Source of the DNA: Candidatus Limnocylindrales bacterium
Lineage (GTDB): Bacteria; Chloroflexota; Limnocylindria; Limnocylindrales; CSP1-4
Assembly (NCBI GenBank): GCA_038245845.1
Contig: JBBRRZ010000019.1
Coordinates: 158 to 64,157 of the forward strand
DNA: 64,000 nt
Direction of reading: 5' to 3'
In this document: positions 48,182-57,891 of the stretch, in pieces
Numbering within the stretch: the first letter of the stretch is position 1
Layout: each line of letters starts with the position of its first letter
Position numbers and translations under genes: made by a program
The notes under the pieces: model-generated
Told to the model about the DNA's origin: nothing
What the model saw: only the letters and a program-made list of their open reading frames with translations
The model's database searches: none

Positions 48182-49261
48182 TCAGTGAAGCTTCACCCGC
48201 GACGACGGGTAGGTCCGCCCCTCCGCGCCACGCAGCCACGCCCGCGCGTTCTCCCCGATGTCGCCCACGTGGTAGCCGCCTTCCTGGAGGATCACCAGCC
48301 GCTTGCCGAGCCCGGCGATCCGGCGTCCACACTCGTGGTACACGGGCGTCGTCAGAGCGAAGTCACCGATCGGGTCCTTGCCATACGTGTCGAAGCCGAG
48401 CGACACGACGACGATCTCCCCAGGCTCCCGCGCGATCCGCGCCAGCGCCCCGTCGAGCGCGTCGAGATACTCCTCGTCGCCCGTCCCGGCCGCAAGCGGG
48501 AGGTTGAGCGTTGCGCCCTCGCCCTCGCCCTCGCCGATCTCGTCCTCCCACCCGAGCAGATACGGGTACTGGCGGTCCGGGTCCGCGTGGAGGCTCACGT
48601 AGAGGACGTCGCCGCGGCGCCAGAAGATCTGCTCGGTGCCGTTGCCGTGGTGGAAGTCCACGTCCAGGATCGAGACGTGCTCGCCGGTCGTTCGGGCGAT
48701 GGCCTCGGCGGCGATCGCGGCGTTGTTGAAGTAGCAGAAGCCGCCATACATCGCACGCGCGGCATGGTGGCCCGGCGGGCGGCAGAGCCCGTACGCGGCC
48801 TGCTCGCCGGCGAGCACGAGGTCCGCCGTCGTGAGGGCGACGTCCACGGCGGCGCGCGCCGCCGCATACGTCCCGTCGAGGATGTACGTGGACGTGTCGA
48901 ACGCCCAGTGGCCCGCGCGCCCGTCGATCTTCGACGCCTCGTGGCGCGGCCCGGACATCCCGTCCGTCGCGGCGGCGTTCTGGATCGTCTCGGGCGCCAC
49001 AAAGTCATACGGATGGCCCTGGCGCACCGCCTCGTCCCATGCCTCGGAAAGGAAGCGCAGGAGCCCCGGGTCGTGGACCGCCGTGATCGGGCCGGGGCCG
49101 TGCGTCTTCGGCACCTGCGCCTCGAAGCCGCCGTCAGCGAGGAGCGTGGACCGGATCGTCTCGGCGCGCTCCGCCACCTCGTTCGCCGCCACCTGGACAC
49201 CAAGGATCGTCTGGGTCCGGATGTCATGGCCGAGGTGCAGGGGCGAGTAGACGAAGCGCAT
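48182..49261 (-). CDS. Histone-deacetylase-superfamily amidohydrolase (AcuC / acetylpolyamine deacetylase-like)
   Basis: CRPPGHHA, ILDVDFHHGNGTE, SLGFDTY, QEGGY. Confidence 0.85.
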   Translation of the reverse strand: MRFVYSPLHLGHDIRTQTILGVQVAANEVAERAETIRSTLLADGGFEAQVPKTHGPGPITAVHDPGLLRFLSEAWDEAVRQGHPYDFVAPETIQNAAATDGMSGPRHEASKIDGRAGHWAFDTSTYILDGTYAAARAAVDVALTTADLVLAGEQAAYGLCRPPGHHAARAMYGGFCYFNNAAIAAEAIARTTGEHVSILDVDFHHGNGTEQIFWRRGDVLYVSLHADPDRQYPYLLGWEDEIGEGEGEGATLNLPLAAGTGDEEYLDALDGALARIAREPGEIVVVSLGFDTYGKDPIGDFALTTPVYHECGRRIAGLGKRLVILQEGGYHVGDIGENARAWLRGAEGRTYPSSRVKLH

Positions 49262-49293
49262 CGCCGGATGCTAGCGAGCGCCGAGGCCGCGCG

Positions 49294-50244
49294 TCAGCCG
49301 ACTCCGAGGATCGCGGCTGCAACGTCGACGGGGCGGTAGCGCATCAGGTTGTGGGCAATGCCCGGAAACCCCGTGATCCGGATCGGGCCGTGACCGGCCG
49401 ATGCACGGGCCTGCGCGCTGCGCCGGAGCTCCGCGAGTCGCGCGTCGGGGTTGCCGGTCCCGAGCGCAACGAGCGCGCTGACCGGTGCCGCCATCGCGGC
49501 GAGCCCGTCCGCCGGCTCCCAGGCGAACATCGAGCGCACGATCGCCTCCACGACGTGCGGGCGGACGGCGCGCACCACGTGACCGGCGGCCGTCTCGACC
49601 ACTGCATCCCGCGCCACGCGCTCCTGGTCCGCGTCCCATGTGGCGGGGTCGAACCCACGCCGGTCCGCGAGGTATGCGTCGAGCGTGCGCATGACCTCCG
49701 GGGGCTCATCGAGGCCGCGCAGGAACTCGTCCACGTCAACGTCCGTGGCCACCTCGAGTCGCTCCCAGCCGCCGTCCACCAGCACGAGGCCGGCACACCG
49801 CTCCCCGAGCGCCGCGGCGGCCCCAGCCGCGACGGCCCCACCGAACCCGTGACCCGCGACGACGATCGGCCCGACCCCGAGCAGCCCCGATCCCTCGGCG
49901 ACGGCGACGGCATCGGCGGCCAGCGTCGCGATGTCATATCCATGGACCGGCGCGTCCGAGAGGCCCTGCCCGCGGAGGTCGGCCGCGACGACGCGCGTCG
50001 CCGACGCGAGGCGTCGTGCCACCGGCGCCCACGACGAGACCGGCTGGAGCAGGCCCGGGAGCAGGAGGACGGGTGTCGCGGCATCGCCGACGGCCGCCGG
50101 GAGGCCCCAGTCGAGGAAGTGCAGGCGCGTGCCGTCGTCAGCCGCAACCACGAAGCCCTCGGGCGCGAGGGCCGCGTCCGGCGGCGGGACAAGCGTGACG
50201 TCAGGCGCCCACGGGACGAGGGCGATCGCAGGGTCGGCGGTCAT
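49294..50244 (-). CDS. Alpha/beta-hydrolase-fold protein with Gly at the nucleophile position
   Basis: PVLLLPGLLQP, ADLRGQGLSD, and nucleophile elbow VVAGHGFGG (GxGxG instead of GxSxG). ATG at 50244. Confidence 0.7.
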   Translation of the reverse strand: MTADPAIALVPWAPDVTLVPPPDAALAPEGFVVAADDGTRLHFLDWGLPAAVGDAATPVLLLPGLLQPVSSWAPVARRLASATRVVAADLRGQGLSDAPVHGYDIATLAADAVAVAEGSGLLGVGPIVVAGHGFGGAVAAGAAAALGERCAGLVLVDGGWERLEVATDVDVDEFLRGLDEPPEVMRTLDAYLADRRGFDPATWDADQERVARDAVVETAAGHVVRAVRPHVVEAIVRSMFAWEPADGLAAMAAPVSALVALGTGNPDARLAELRRSAQARASAGHGPIRITGFPGIAHNLMRYRPVDVAAAILGVG

Positions 50245-50250
50245 CGCGGC

Positions 50251-50256
50251 TAGGAT
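50251..50256 (+). promoter_or_regulatory. Candidate -10 hexamer TAGGAT, 9 nt upstream of the ATG at 50266 (possible leaderless start)
   Basis: TANNNT-type hexamer in the 21-bp divergent gap. Confidence 0.3.
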
Positions 50257-50265
50257 ACGGGCGAG

Positions 50266-50685
50266 ATGGTCAAGCACCGACGAGGATCCAGGGCCGCGGG
50301 CCGGCCGCAGCGCGCCGTCCGCCACGAACGCTTCGAACGGCTGGTGGATCGCGCAGTGGCGGGGATCCCGATGCCCTTCCGGGCGGCCCTCGACGAGATC
50401 GCGCTCGTGATCGCGGACGAGCCCTCACCCGACCAGCGGCGCGAGAACGAGCTCGGTCCGGACGACACCCTGTACGGCCTGTACGAGGGCATCCCGCTCG
50501 ACGAGTGGGGCGGCGACTCCATCCCGATCCCCACCCGGATCACCGTCTTCCGCCTCCCGCTGGAGCAGGACTTCCCCCATCCCGACGACCTCGCGGACGA
50601 GGTCCGGATCACCATCCTCCACGAGCTCGCCCATCACCTGGGCATCGACGACGAGGACCGCCTCGCCAGCCTCGGCATCGACTGA
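50266..50685 (+). CDS. Small zincin-like metallopeptidase-family protein (DUF1025-like)
   Basis: ITILHELAHHLG (HExxH). 139 aa. Confidence 0.7.
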   Translation: MVKHRRGSRAAGRPQRAVRHERFERLVDRAVAGIPMPFRAALDEIALVIADEPSPDQRRENELGPDDTLYGLYEGIPLDEWGGDSIPIPTRITVFRLPLEQDFPHPDDLADEVRITILHELAHHLGIDDEDRLASLGID

Positions 50686-50724
50686 GCGGCCCGACCGCCG
50701 CGGAAACAGCGCGCTGCAGCGCGT

Positions 50725-51840
50725 CTAGGCGACGCCGGCGAACCCGGCGACGAGACACACGAGCCCCAGTGCCGTCGCCGCGAGCAGACCGCGAGTGAAC
50801 CACGGGTTCCACGGCCAGCGGCCACCCGCGGGGCGCTCGCGACCCGCCTCGAGCCCGTGCGTGTAGTGCGTGAGCGCCTCGAACGCGTAGACCGCGGGCG
50901 CGGTCGTGATCGCCTCGACGAGGAACAGCAGCGTCCCGAACGCAAACGTCAGCGCAGCCGCGACGAGGATCGCGAGGACCGCCGGCACCTCCGTGATCCC
51001 CGTGCCATCGTAGATCCGGACCACGACGTCGCCGCCGATCGAGATCCCGAACAGCACGATGAACTGGGACACGATGCTGAACATCGCCACGACGAGCGCC
51101 AGGCGGAGGCGCGCCCTTGCCAGGCGAATCGAGCGCCGGATGGCCTCCATCGGGCCGACCTCACCCAGGATGATCGCCGGCGGCACGTACACGAACGGGA
51201 CGGCGACCAGCGTCCCGATCACCAGGCCCAGCCCGTAGTTGATGGCCTCCACGTTGCCCAGGAGCAGGCCGATCGGCAGCTGGACGGCGAGGCTCACGAG
51301 GCCCGCCACGAGCCCCACCAGGACGTTGGCGCCGAACACGACCCAGAAGCGACGGCGGGCGATCGCGACCGACTCGCGCAGCCGCATCGGCCGCCCCTCC
51401 GCCCGTCCCCCGATGACCGCGACCGCGAGCGCCCGGCTCTCGATCCCGGCCACCACGTAGCCAGCCAGCGCGAGGAACGACGTGACGAAGATCGGGCCGT
51501 CGAGCGATGAGGGCTCGAACGGGTCGAAGAGCTGCACGCCGAGGGTCGCCGCGACCGCGACCAGCAGGACAAGGGGCCCGATCGTGACGAGGACGATCAG
51601 CCCGATGTAGAACGACGCCGAGCGGAGCCCCGAGTCCTGGCGGGTCAGGAGGTCGAGCGCCATCGCGACGAGCTTGCGCGTCCCGAGCGGGATCGCCAGG
51701 ACGGCGTCGGTGGCGGGGTCGCGAGGCGGCGGAGGCGACGGGGGCGGGGCCAGCGGGCCAGTGAACGATCCATCGAACGCTGCCCGATGGACGCCGGGCG
51801 GCGGGGGCGGCGGGGGCGGCGACGCGGGCGCCCCGGTCAT
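50725..51840 (-). CDS. Hypothetical polytopic membrane protein with Pro-rich N-terminus
   Basis: ATG at 51840 overlaps the upstream stop (ATGA). N-terminal PPPPPPPP tract. At least 6 TM segments. Confidence 0.55.
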   Translation of the reverse strand: MTGAPASPPPPPPPPGVHRAAFDGSFTGPLAPPPSPPPPRDPATDAVLAIPLGTRKLVAMALDLLTRQDSGLRSASFYIGLIVLVTIGPLVLLVAVAATLGVQLFDPFEPSSLDGPIFVTSFLALAGYVVAGIESRALAVAVIGGRAEGRPMRLRESVAIARRRFWVVFGANVLVGLVAGLVSLAVQLPIGLLLGNVEAINYGLGLVIGTLVAVPFVYVPPAIILGEVGPMEAIRRSIRLARARLRLALVVAMFSIVSQFIVLFGISIGGDVVVRIYDGTGITEVPAVLAILVAAALTFAFGTLLFLVEAITTAPAVYAFEALTHYTHGLEAGRERPAGGRWPWNPWFTRGLLAATALGLVCLVAGFAGVA

Positions 51841-52853
51841 GTCCCGGCTGGGATCGGCCGGGCCATCGAGAGCAGCTCCCCCATCCGGTCGATCGCCACG
51901 TTCCCGCCGGAGAGCACGACGCAGACGCGGTCGCCATCGCGGATCGGGATCGCGCCCGTGAGCACCGCGGCGAGCGCTGCGGCACCGGCGGGCTCGAGCA
52001 CCTGTTTGAGCCGCTCGAGCGCGAAGCGCAGGCCACCGAGGATGGTGGTGTCGTCGATCAGGACGGCTCCGTCGAGGTAGCGCTGTGCGATGTCGAACGC
52101 AAGCGACCCGAGGATCGGGGCGCCGAGGCCATCGGCCACGCTCACCGGGTCGACGCGGACCGGCTTGCCGGCCTCGAGGGCGAGGTGGAGCGCCTCGGAG
52201 CCCGTCGGCTCCACGCCGAACACGCGCACGTGGGGCCGTCGCTCCTTGAGCGCGACGGTGACGCCGCCCAGGAGCCCGCCACCACCCACGCTCATCACGA
52301 CGACATCGACGTCCGGCAGGTCGTCCAGGATCTCGAGGCCACAGGACCCGTTGCCCAGCAGGACCTCCGGCTGATCGTAGGGATGGACGAGCGTGAGGCC
52401 GTGCTCGACGCGCAGCTCCTCGAGACGCTCCAGGGACTCCCCGACGTGCGCTCCGTGGAGCACGACCGTCGCGCCGTACTCCCGGCACGCGGCGACCTTC
52501 GAGGCGACGGCGGCTGCCGGCATCACGACGGTCACCGGCACGCCCGCCTCGCGGCCCGCCCAGGCATAGGCCTGGCCCGCATTGCCCGCGGAGATCGTGA
52601 TGGCGCCCCGGCGCCGTTCGTCGGCGGTCAGCGAGTGGATCCGCGCGAGCGCCGCCCGCGGCTTGAACGACCCGGTCTTCTGGAGGTGCTCCGCCTTGAG
52701 GAACAGCCGCCCACCGCCAAGGCTCGTGCCGGCCGCGTCCCCGGCGATGCGTGCGGCCGTCACCGACGAGAGCATCGGCGTGTGGTGGATACGCCCGCGG
52801 AGGGTCGCCCGTGTCTCCACGATCCCGGCGAGCGTCACGGGTGTCTGGCTCAT
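51837..52853 (-). CDS. PLP-dependent threonine/serine dehydratase (threonine ammonia-lyase-like, no ACT domain)
   Basis: LQKTGSFKPRAA (PLP-Lys), SAGNAGQAYA, SVGGGGLLGG. ATG at 52853. Confidence 0.85.
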   Translation of the reverse strand: MSQTPVTLAGIVETRATLRGRIHHTPMLSSVTAARIAGDAAGTSLGGGRLFLKAEHLQKTGSFKPRAALARIHSLTADERRRGAITISAGNAGQAYAWAGREAGVPVTVVMPAAAVASKVAACREYGATVVLHGAHVGESLERLEELRVEHGLTLVHPYDQPEVLLGNGSCGLEILDDLPDVDVVVMSVGGGGLLGGVTVALKERRPHVRVFGVEPTGSEALHLALEAGKPVRVDPVSVADGLGAPILGSLAFDIAQRYLDGAVLIDDTTILGGLRFALERLKQVLEPAGAAALAAVLTGAIPIRDGDRVCVVLSGGNVAIDRMGELLSMARPIPAGT

Positions 52854-52928
52854 GGGCCCGAGGATACGCGTCCCGCTCAGCCGCGATTCGGACTTGCGTC
52901 TTTGCGCAACCAGTGACAGACTGGGGAC

Positions 52929-53225
52929 GTGATCGACATCACCGCAACCACCGAGGACGCGCGCCAGCGGTCTGCCGCTGTCGCCCGGGCCCTCGGCGAC
53001 CCGAAGCGCCTGTGCGTCCTCGAATCCCTCGCCGGTGGCGAGGCCTCGGTGGGCGAGCTCGCGATGCGGGTGAGCTGCCAGGTGCCGAACATGAGCCAGC
53101 ACCTCTCGGTGCTTCGCTCGGCTGGGCTCGTCACCGCTCGTCGCGACGGCAGCACGGTCTATTACCGCCTCTCGGATCCGCGGATCCTCGAGGCGTGCCA
53201 GCTTCTTCAATCACTCGCCCGCTGA
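52929..53225 (+). CDS. ArsR/SmtB-family transcriptional regulator
   Basis: LGDPKRLCVLESLAGGEASVGELAMRVSCQVPNMSQHLSVLRSAGLV. GTG start. Confidence 0.85.
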   Translation: MIDITATTEDARQRSAAVARALGDPKRLCVLESLAGGEASVGELAMRVSCQVPNMSQHLSVLRSAGLVTARRDGSTVYYRLSDPRILEACQLLQSLAR

Positions 53226-53272
53226 CCGGGCTGGGAGGTCCTGCCGCGTCGGCAGGAGAAAGGATCTGCCTC

Positions 53273-53614
53273 GTGGCGGAGATCAAGGCAGCAACGGACG
53301 ACACCTTCGAGGCGCTCGTGCTGAACAACGACAAGCCGGTGGTCGTCGACTTCTGGGCCGCCTGGTGCGGGCCTTGCAAGATGGTCGCCCCGGAGATGGA
53401 GAAGCTCGCGGCCAAGTACGACGGCGTCGTGGACGTCGTCAAGGTGGACGTGGACGCCAACCCGCGCCTGTCCCAGGCGTTCGGGATCATGAGCATCCCG
53501 ACCATCGCGTACTTCAAGCCGGGCGCGCAGCCCCAGGGCGTCGTGGGCTTCCGGCCGCTCGAGCAGCTCGAGACCGCGTTCGATCTCACGGGTCTGGCCG
53601 CCGCGAAAGCCTGA
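53273..53614 (+). CDS. trxA: Thioredoxin
   Basis: VVDFWAAWCGPCKMVAP, IMSIPT. GTG at 53273 preceded by GGAGAAAGG. Confidence 0.9.
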   Translation: MAEIKAATDDTFEALVLNNDKPVVVDFWAAWCGPCKMVAPEMEKLAAKYDGVVDVVKVDVDANPRLSQAFGIMSIPTIAYFKPGAQPQGVVGFRPLEQLETAFDLTGLAAAKA

Positions 53615-53619
53615 TCCGG

Positions 53620-53635
53620 GGCCCGCCTGCGGGCC
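53620..53635 (+). terminator. GC hairpin GGCCCG-cctg-CGGGCC, 5 nt after the trxA stop (no U-tract)
   Basis: Read directly. Confidence 0.35.
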
Positions 53636-53736
53636 ACCTTCGCACCCATCGACCCCCGGTCATCGACTGGGGGTCTTCTGCGTCCCGGGCCCGGTGCCTG
53701 GGCGCGCCCGAGCGCGACCGCCCGCTGGCGATGCCG

Positions 53737-54195
53737 TCAGCGGCGGGCGACCCGCCTGTGCGCGGACCGGACCCAGGCCTCCGCGCGATCAAGCGCAAAC
53801 CGGTCCATCGCTCCCGGCGTGAACTCGATCCAGCCCGCGCCCCGCGACGACGCCCTGGTGTCGGCGGTCCGCAGCGCGGCTTTCGCGACCGCGGGATCGA
53901 GGGCCGTCTCCAGCCGATCGTCGCCGAGGACGGCGAACACGCGGCCGCCGACGGCGTACGCGACCCCGTCCGACGCCCGCCGGCGCTCCACGGACCCGAG
54001 GTCTGCCACCACCGCCTCGATCCGCTCGTCGAGCGACTCATCGACGGCCTCGTCCGCGACAGCCGCGCCGGCGGCAGCCTCGGACGGATCCAGGGGCTCC
54101 TCGTCGAGGGCGTCGAGCGCCGCCTCGTCGGCCGCCGTGTCGGGACTCGGCACGTGGCCGTTGGTGCGGGTGCCGTCGGTGCCGGGCGTGCTCAC
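53737..54195 (-). CDS. Hypothetical protein (acidic disordered N-terminus, small C-terminal domain)
   Basis: GTG at 54195 overlaps the upstream stop (GTGA). High third-position GC. No family recognised. Confidence 0.4.
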   Translation of the reverse strand: MSTPGTDGTRTNGHVPSPDTAADEAALDALDEEPLDPSEAAAGAAVADEAVDESLDERIEAVVADLGSVERRRASDGVAYAVGGRVFAVLGDDRLETALDPAVAKAALRTADTRASSRGAGWIEFTPGAMDRFALDRAEAWVRSAHRRVARR

Positions 54196-54677
54196 GAGGC
54201 CGCCTCGAGGATCGCGCGCAGCTCCTTCGCATGCTCCTCGTAGTGCTCGGTCGTCTCGCCGAAGAACCATTCCTGGTGCTTGGCGTGCTTGATCCAGCGC
54301 GACTCGGGCACGACCGTGAGATAGCCGCGCAGCTCTCCCGAGACAGTGCGGAACTGTGTCCTCACCTCGTCGATCGGCAGGGCGCGGTAGCGCTCGATGG
54401 CCGCGGCGTTCATCAGGTCGCCAGCCCCGGGCGCCGCGTCCCACTCGGCTTCGAGTCGCGTCATCGTGGGGCTCTGCTCGCCCAGGGCGAGCTCCCTGGC
54501 GGTCGCCAGGGCTGTCTCCTGCCAGACGAGCATGTGGCCCATGAGGTCGCGGCCGGACCAGCCGCCGGCAGCCTCCACCGGCCTGTCGAGCTGCTCGTCG
54601 GTCAGGCCGTCGAGCGCCTCGTAGGGACGGAAGGCGTCGCGTTCGTCTTCGAGAAAGGAGAGTGCATCGAGATACAT
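54192..54677 (-). CDS. DinB/ClbS-like four-helix-bundle protein
   Basis: 161 aa with His-containing helices (DLMGHMLVWQE, TEHYEEHAKEL). Family assignment tentative. Confidence 0.5.
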   Translation of the reverse strand: MYLDALSFLEDERDAFRPYEALDGLTDEQLDRPVEAAGGWSGRDLMGHMLVWQETALATARELALGEQSPTMTRLEAEWDAAPGAGDLMNAAAIERYRALPIDEVRTQFRTVSGELRGYLTVVPESRWIKHAKHQEWFFGETTEHYEEHAKELRAILEAAS

Positions 54678-54759
54678 GCCGTCATCGTAGTCTCCCCGTG
54701 CGTGCGGGCGCAGCCACCTGGCCGGGCATCGTCCCGCCCGGTGCGCTATCGTCCCGCCC

Positions 54760-55467
54760 GTGAGAGACGACCTCCCGTTCAAGTTGCCGCCGGTCGATCC
54801 TGTCGCGGCCGAGGGCGTTTCCGCGTCCTCGCTGTCGCCTGAGCTCCTCGCGGGCCTGCTCGCCGACGGCGACGACGAGCTTGCCGCGTGGACGCTGCGC
54901 CACGCCCTCGCGGAGGCAACTCGAGTCGAAGTCTTCGACGGCCTCCTGCGCGACGCCATGACGCTCGTCGGGGAGCGCTGGCAGAGCGGCCAGTGGACCA
55001 TCGCCGAAGAGCACCTCGCGTCGCGAACCCTCCTCCGTGCCCTGGAGCGAATCCGCCCCGCCCTTGGTCCCGAGCATCGGGTCGGGCCGGTCGCCGTGCT
55101 CGCAGGCATCGCGGGTGAGCAGCACATGATCGGGCTGGTGTGCCTGGAGCAGGTGCTCGCCGAGGCGGGTTGGACTGTCCAGAACCTCGGGGCAGACCTG
55201 CCGGCGGCGGACCTCGGTGCGTTCGTCGCGCGCAACGAGGTGGCGTTCGTGGGGCTGTCCGCGATCGATCCCGGGCGGGTCACCACGATCGCCGATGCCG
55301 TCCGGGCCGTCCGGGCCGCGGCTGATGGTCGTTCCGTCCCGATCCTCGTGGGCGGCCAGGTCGCCGTTCACCCCGGCCTGCTGGCCGCCACCGGCGCTGA
55401 CGGCACCGCACGCTCCACCGCGGACGCGCTGGCCTTCGCTGAGGCTCACCGCCCGCGACCTGCCTAG
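54760..55467 (+). CDS. Stand-alone CarH-like cobalamin-binding module (helix bundle plus B12-binding Rossmann), no DNA-binding domain
   Basis: [12 protein letters not shown] fits Wx9EH. EQHMIGL fits ExHxxG. Also GLSAI and ILVGG. The first ~55 aa show no HTH. GTG start. Confidence 0.7.
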   Translation: MRDDLPFKLPPVDPVAAEGVSASSLSPELLAGLLADGDDELAAWTLRHALAEATRVEVFDGLLRDAMTLVGERWQSGQWTIAEEHLASRTLLRALERIRPALGPEHRVGPVAVLAGIAGEQHMIGLVCLEQVLAEAGWTVQNLGADLPAADLGAFVARNEVAFVGLSAIDPGRVTTIADAVRAVRAAADGRSVPILVGGQVAVHPGLLAATGADGTARSTADALAFAEAHRPRPA

Positions 55468-57242
55468 ACCGCGACCGGCTCCCGATACTCCCCGAAGACC
55501 TCGCGCAGCACCCGGCACTGCTCGCCGAGGGTCGCGTAGCGCTCCGCGCAGCGGATGAAGTGCGGCATCAGGTTCGTCTCGCTGGTCCCGGGGCGCGACG
55601 CCGCCTCCCGCAGCCCCTCGAGCGCCGCCGCCACCGCCTCGTTGTCCCGCTCCGCCCGGACCCGCGCCAGCCGGGCGAGATGGCGCTCCTCCGACCCCTC
55701 GGGCACGTGGAGGACTGGGACCCGGATCCGGTCCGCGTTGGTGTAGCCGTTGACGCCCACGATCACCCGCTCGCCCGCGTCGAACTCGCGCTGGAAGCGA
55801 TATGCCGAGTCCGCGATCTCACGCTGCGGGTAGCCCTCGGCGATCGCCTTGACCATGCCGCCGCGGCGGTCGATCTCGTCGAGGTAGCGCCAGACATCGC
55901 GCTCGACGCGGTTCGTCAGCGACTCCACGAACCACGACCCGCCCAGTGGGTCGACGGTGTTCGCGACACCCGTCTCCTCGGCCATGATCTGCTGCTGGCG
56001 CAGCGCCAGGAGCGCGGCCTCGGCGGTCGGCACGGCGAGCGCCTCGTCGTACGCGTCCGTGTGCAGCGACTGCGTCCCGCCGAGGATCGCCGCCAGCGCC
56101 TGGGTCGCGACCCGGGTCAGGTTGTTGAGCGGCTGCTGCGGAGTGAGGCTCACCCCGGCGGTCTGGGTGTGGAAGCGCATCCACGTCGAGCGCTCGTTCT
56201 CGGCGCGATAGCGCTCGCTCATCAGCTTCCACCAGATCCGGCGCGAGGCCCGGAACTTGGCGATCTCCTCGAAGAAGTCGCTGTGCGAGTTGAAGAAGAA
56301 CGAGAGCCGCGGGGCGAACTCGTCGACCCGCAGGCCGCGCTCCATTGCCGCCTCGACGTATGCCATGCCGTCGGCGATCGTGAACGCCAGCTCCTGCACG
56401 GCCGTCGAGCCCGCCTCGCGGATGTGGTAGCCGCTGATCGAGACCGTGTTCCACCTGGGCAGCTCCCGCGTGCCGAACTCGATCGTGTCGACGACGAGGC
56501 GCATCGACGGGTCCGGCGGGTAGAGGAACTCCTTCTGGGCGACGTACTCCTTGAGGATGTCGTTCTGGGTCGTGCCCTCGAGCGATGCCCGCGGCACCCC
56601 GGTCTTCTCCGCCGCGACGATGTACATCGCCCAGATCGGCGCCGCTGGGGCGTTGATCGTCATCGACGTGGACACGCGATCGAGCGGCAGGCCCGACACC
56701 AGCAGCTCCATGTCAGCGAGGCTGCTCACGGCGACGCCGCACGTCCCGAACTCGCCCTCGGCCTCCGCGTCGTCCGAGTCGTAGCCGTACAGCGTGGGCA
56801 TGTCGTACGCGATCGACAGCCCCGTCTGGCCGGCGTCGAGTAGCTGGCGGAACCGGGCGTTCGTGTCCTCGGCGGCGCCGAAGCCCGCGAACATCCGCAT
56901 CGTCCACGGGCGGCTGCGATAGCCGGTCGGGTGGATGCCGCGGGTGTACGGCGGCTCACCCGGCAGGCCGATGTCCCGCAGGTCGTCGGTGTCGGCATAG
57001 CGGCCCGCGCCGTCACGCAGCGCCTCCCCGTGGTGGTCGGTGGCCGTCGGGCCGCCGGGACCCGGCAGCTCGCCCTCGGGCGTCGCGTCAGCGTCCCACG
57101 GCCCGTACAGGCCCTCGATGGGCAGGTCGCCCAGGGTGCTGAACCTGGGGCGGCGTTCGGGCAACCGATCGAGCGAGGGCGCGAGACGCTCGGTCCGCCA
57201 GGCGCGCCGTCGCTGATCCCACCCGTCGGGACGATCGCTCAT
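55464..57242 (-). CDS. B12-dependent acyl-CoA mutase large (catalytic TIM-barrel) subunit, isobutyryl-CoA-mutase-type signature
   Basis: [12 protein letters not shown] (Phe where MCM has the Tyr of RQYAGF) and [15 protein letters not shown] (Gln where MCM has the Arg of MVRNTYIYPP). 592 aa with no B12 domain. Confidence 0.9.
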   Translation of the reverse strand: MSDRPDGWDQRRRAWRTERLAPSLDRLPERRPRFSTLGDLPIEGLYGPWDADATPEGELPGPGGPTATDHHGEALRDGAGRYADTDDLRDIGLPGEPPYTRGIHPTGYRSRPWTMRMFAGFGAAEDTNARFRQLLDAGQTGLSIAYDMPTLYGYDSDDAEAEGEFGTCGVAVSSLADMELLVSGLPLDRVSTSMTINAPAAPIWAMYIVAAEKTGVPRASLEGTTQNDILKEYVAQKEFLYPPDPSMRLVVDTIEFGTRELPRWNTVSISGYHIREAGSTAVQELAFTIADGMAYVEAAMERGLRVDEFAPRLSFFFNSHSDFFEEIAKFRASRRIWWKLMSERYRAENERSTWMRFHTQTAGVSLTPQQPLNNLTRVATQALAAILGGTQSLHTDAYDEALAVPTAEAALLALRQQQIMAEETGVANTVDPLGGSWFVESLTNRVERDVWRYLDEIDRRGGMVKAIAEGYPQREIADSAYRFQREFDAGERVIVGVNGYTNADRIRVPVLHVPEGSEERHLARLARVRAERDNEAVAAALEGLREAASRPGTSETNLMPHFIRCAERYATLGEQCRVLREVFGEYREPVAV

Positions 57243-57291
57243 GCGGCCGACTCTAGCACGCGACTATTGGGGCTTCGGCGCAGCCGTCGGG

Positions 57292-57891
57292 CTAGGGCGC
57301 GGCGAAGGCGTCCAGCGCCTCGAGGACCTTCGCGTCGCCAAGGTCGGCGGCCAGCAGGACGTTGACGCGGCCCGGCTCGGATGCGGGCCAGGTGACGACG
57401 GTCTGGCCCGTCCCATCAGAGCCCAGGACGTCGAGGCGCTTGGCGGGGTTGCCGCCGACCGTCGTGTCGCTGACCACGAGCTTCTCGGTCCGGCGGGCCT
57501 TGCGCGCCCCGTTCTCGTAGAACGTGCGCAGCGTCGCCGCGTCGAGGCCGTCACCTTCGAACACCGCGACCGTCACGCCGGTCGTCCCGCCCAAGGCCCA
57601 CGTCGCGCCCGCAAAGCGCACTCCATCCACGCCGTCCTGGGCCAGCGTCCCGAGCGCGGTCGGCGTGCAGTTACGCCCCGAGTCCACGCTCGTCGGCGCC
57701 TTGCCCTCGAACGTCGTCGGGAGCAGCGCCTCGAGCTCGGGGAACGCCCCCGGGAAGCGACCGTCGGTGGTGCACGCGGACGCCGGGTCGAAGCTCGCCT
57801 GCGGGATCGGCGTGGCACACGCACCGACGACGAACGCGGCGGCCAGCGCCGCGACGAGGAGGGAGCCGCCGGGGGCGGCGATGCGACGCAT
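57292..57891 (-). CDS. Hypothetical lipoprotein
   Basis: MRRIAAPGGSLLVAALAAAFVVGAC lipobox. ATG at 57891. Confidence 0.6.
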   Translation of the reverse strand: MRRIAAPGGSLLVAALAAAFVVGACATPIPQASFDPASACTTDGRFPGAFPELEALLPTTFEGKAPTSVDSGRNCTPTALGTLAQDGVDGVRFAGATWALGGTTGVTVAVFEGDGLDAATLRTFYENGARKARRTEKLVVSDTTVGGNPAKRLDVLGSDGTGQTVVTWPASEPGRVNVLLAADLGDAKVLEALDAFAAP

